A stretch of DNA of 64,000 nt from an uncultured Bacillaceae bacterium (GTDB lineage: Bacteria; Bacillota; Bacilli; Tepidibacillales; Tepidibacillaceae): NCBI GenBank assembly GCA_964514395.1, contig CAZEQK010000003.1:12344-76343 (forward strand), in the 5' to 3' direction. The notes under the pieces were generated by a model, which had not been told where the DNA came from, did no database searches, and was given only the letters and a program-made list of their open reading frames with translations. The translations under genes were made by a program, and so were the position numbers. Positions 62,137-64,000 of the stretch are shown piece after piece; position 1 is the stretch's first letter; every line of letters starts with the position of its first letter.

Positions 62137-63207
62137 TTATATTACCTCTTTTATAAATAATTCCTTTTCTTTCTCTAAATTGATAATGGAATCTCCAACC
62201 TTAACCCAGGGTCTTGTTGGGTGTTTACTATCCACAAATACAATAAATCCTTCATGGCCATTACTTAATATTACTTTTGTTCCATTTGTATACTTCGTCA
62301 TATTGTTAGTAAACAATCTTACCAATATTGGGTCTAATTTGCCAAAGCTATCATACATAATAAGATCTATTGCTTTATATGGGGAGTATTCTTCTCGATA
62401 GCTTCTTTTTGAAATCATCGCATGAAAAACATCTGCAACAGCAATAATTTTTGCATATAAATGAATTTTTTCATTTTTTAGCTGAAATGGGTAACCACTA
62501 CCATCTATTCTTTCATGGTGTTGAAGAACAGCTAGTAAAACCCCATCATTTATCCCTCTTGTTTCTTTAAGTATCTGATATCCATAAAGGGTATGCTTTT
62601 TAACTTCATCATACTCTTCTACTGATAGGGCTCCTTTAATGGTAGTAATATTATTGGGAATACGAATTATTCCTATATCATGTAACGCTCCAGCTAATGC
62701 AATTTGCATTCTTTCAGCTTGATTTAATCCATACCATTTGGCAAGTGCACTAGAAATAATTCCTACGGAGATAGCGTGATAGCTATTATATTTAATAAAA
62801 TCATCATGATTATAGCTTAGCGTTGTAAAATACTTAAGCTTTTGATACTCATCACTTAACAATGGTTGTATTGCCTTACGTAATTCAAATATCGGTATTG
62901 GTGCATTTCCTTGCGCTATTTTAAAAAGTTTATCCGCCTCTTTTATCGCTTGAGAAACATTGTTTTTAAATTCATTAAAGCTAGGATGATAACTCTTATT
63001 ACTAATATCATTATCTTTTTTTTCTTTTTTTATAGTCTTTTTTTCTGTGTCTTCAATTTCAATTTTTTTTACATCAAAAGCTTTTAAGATTTCAATGGCA
63101 GATTGATCTAATACCGTACCCTTTTTAAAAAGAATGCCTCCAAGTTTGCTATGCACATCATTAGACAACTTCATACCTTCATAAATTCCCATAATTGAAA
63201 TGAACAT
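62137..63207 (-). CDS. HD-GYP domain protein (putative cyclic-di-nucleotide phosphodiesterase)
   Basis: HAISV...LHDIG...HHERIDGSGYP...ADVFHAM. The HD and GYP motifs are complete. Confidence 0.85.
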   Translation of the reverse strand: MFISIMGIYEGMKLSNDVHSKLGGILFKKGTVLDQSAIEILKAFDVKKIEIEDTEKKTIKKEKKDNDISNKSYHPSFNEFKNNVSQAIKEADKLFKIAQGNAPIPIFELRKAIQPLLSDEYQKLKYFTTLSYNHDDFIKYNSYHAISVGIISSALAKWYGLNQAERMQIALAGALHDIGIIRIPNNITTIKGALSVEEYDEVKKHTLYGYQILKETRGINDGVLLAVLQHHERIDGSGYPFQLKNEKIHLYAKIIAVADVFHAMISKRSYREEYSPYKAIDLIMYDSFGKLDPILVRLFTNNMTKYTNGTKVILSNGHEGFIVFVDSKHPTRPWVKVGDSIINLEKEKELFIKEVI

Positions 63208-63361
63208 ACAAGAAGACCACCTTTAAAAAATAAAATGTGTTTCTGTCTTTATATGAATTTTAACAAAAAATACGAGAAGATTAAAAGATTTTTATATAAA
63301 AATAAACTTTTATTTTTATAATAAAAAGGAGCAATTTGCCCCCTTTTATCATCATGATGAT

Positions 63362-64000
63362 TTATTTATCTTCGTGAAATTCAATCCTAGCAACCGTTGT
63401 AACATATATGTCTTTTTTTAACGCAATTAATCTAACGCCCTGAGTGTATCTACCCATAATTGAAATATTTTTCACACGTAAACGGATAACCATGGAGCTA
63501 GTTGTTACAAGCATTAGTTCATCCTCATCCGTTACTACCTTCAGTCCAACAATTGCCCCGTTTTTCTTCGTAACGTTTAATGTTTTTATTCCCTTTCCAC
63601 CTCTGGTTTGAGAACGATATTCTGATGCTGGGGTTCTTTTTCCATATCCATTTGAAGTAACGATTAATATTTCCTGATTATCAACGATATTATCCATACC
63701 AATAACTAAATCATCTTTCGTTAAATGAATACCTTTTACTCCTGTTGCACCTCTTCCCATTGTTCTAACATCTTTTTCAGAAAAACGAATAGATTGACCC
63801 TTTTGTGTTCCTAAGAAAATATCCTGCTTACCATCCGTTAATTTCACACCGATTAACTCATCGTTTTCCTTGAGATTTATCGCTATGATACCGCCTCTTC
63901 TAATATTTTCGTAATCGGATAATGCGGATTTTTTTACTAATCCATGAGATGTTGCAAAGAATAAATAATTATCTGATGTAAATTCTTTTATTGGAAAAAC
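63362..64000 (-). CDS. gyrA: DNA gyrase subunit A, C-terminal part (gene continues beyond the window end)
   Basis: The reading frame is open from the window end to the stop at 63362. It shows beta-pinwheel repeats ([30 protein letters not shown]). The track only shows it from an internal Met. Confidence 0.9.
   Translation of the reverse strand, partial: VFPIKEFTSDNYLFFATSHGLVKKSALSDYENIRRGGIIAINLKENDELIGVKLTDGKQDIFLGTQKGQSIRFSEKDVRTMGRGATGVKGIHLTKDDLVIGMDNIVDNQEILIVTSNGYGKRTPASEYRSQTRGGKGIKTLNVTKKNGAIVGLKVVTDEDELMLVTTSSMVIRLRVKNISIMGRYTQGVRLIALKKDIYVTTVARIEFHEDK

Overview
This is a low-GC segment from a spore-forming Firmicute, Bacillaceae-like by gene order. It is the conserved origin-proximal block that in Bacillus subtilis 168 runs gyrA, guaB-dacA-pdxST-serS, scr-dnaX-recR-bofA, csfB, tmk-holB-yabA-abrB-metS, spoVG-glmU-prs-ctc-pth-mfd-spoVT, divIC-yabR-tRNAs-spoIIE-yabS-yabT-tilS-hprT-ftsH. 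Here it lies in reverse orientation, so nearly everything is on the minus strand. I call 66 CDS (two open at the window edges), one gene remnant, 7 tRNAs, the SRP (scr) RNA and two T-box leaders (metS, serS). I also call a set of promoters, Spo0A boxes and intrinsic terminators that can be read by eye. I found no rRNA, CRISPR array, transposase, integrase, phage gene or recognisable defence gene. I do not see a convincing novel multi-gene system; this is mostly housekeeping and sporulation core. The unexplained or unusual items are all modest. (1) A 246-nt repeat-built spacer inside the tRNA operon has 28-mers that end in the initiator-tRNA 3' tail. (2) A G/C-enriched, hairpin-dense block of about 150 nt lies upstream of spoVT. 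(3) A 393-aa ORF looks like a nucleotide-sugar dehydrogenase that has lost its GxGxxG motif. (4) A decayed patch contains an acetyl-CoA-synthetase C-terminal remnant and an orphan plus-strand terminator. (5) dnaX carries an in-frame A AAA AAA run at the position where other bacteria make a short gamma form. (6) AbrB has a CxxC...CxxC C-terminal tail. (7) Accessory genes sit where B. subtilis has rrnO and rrnA. All homology statements come from reading the translations, not from database searches.
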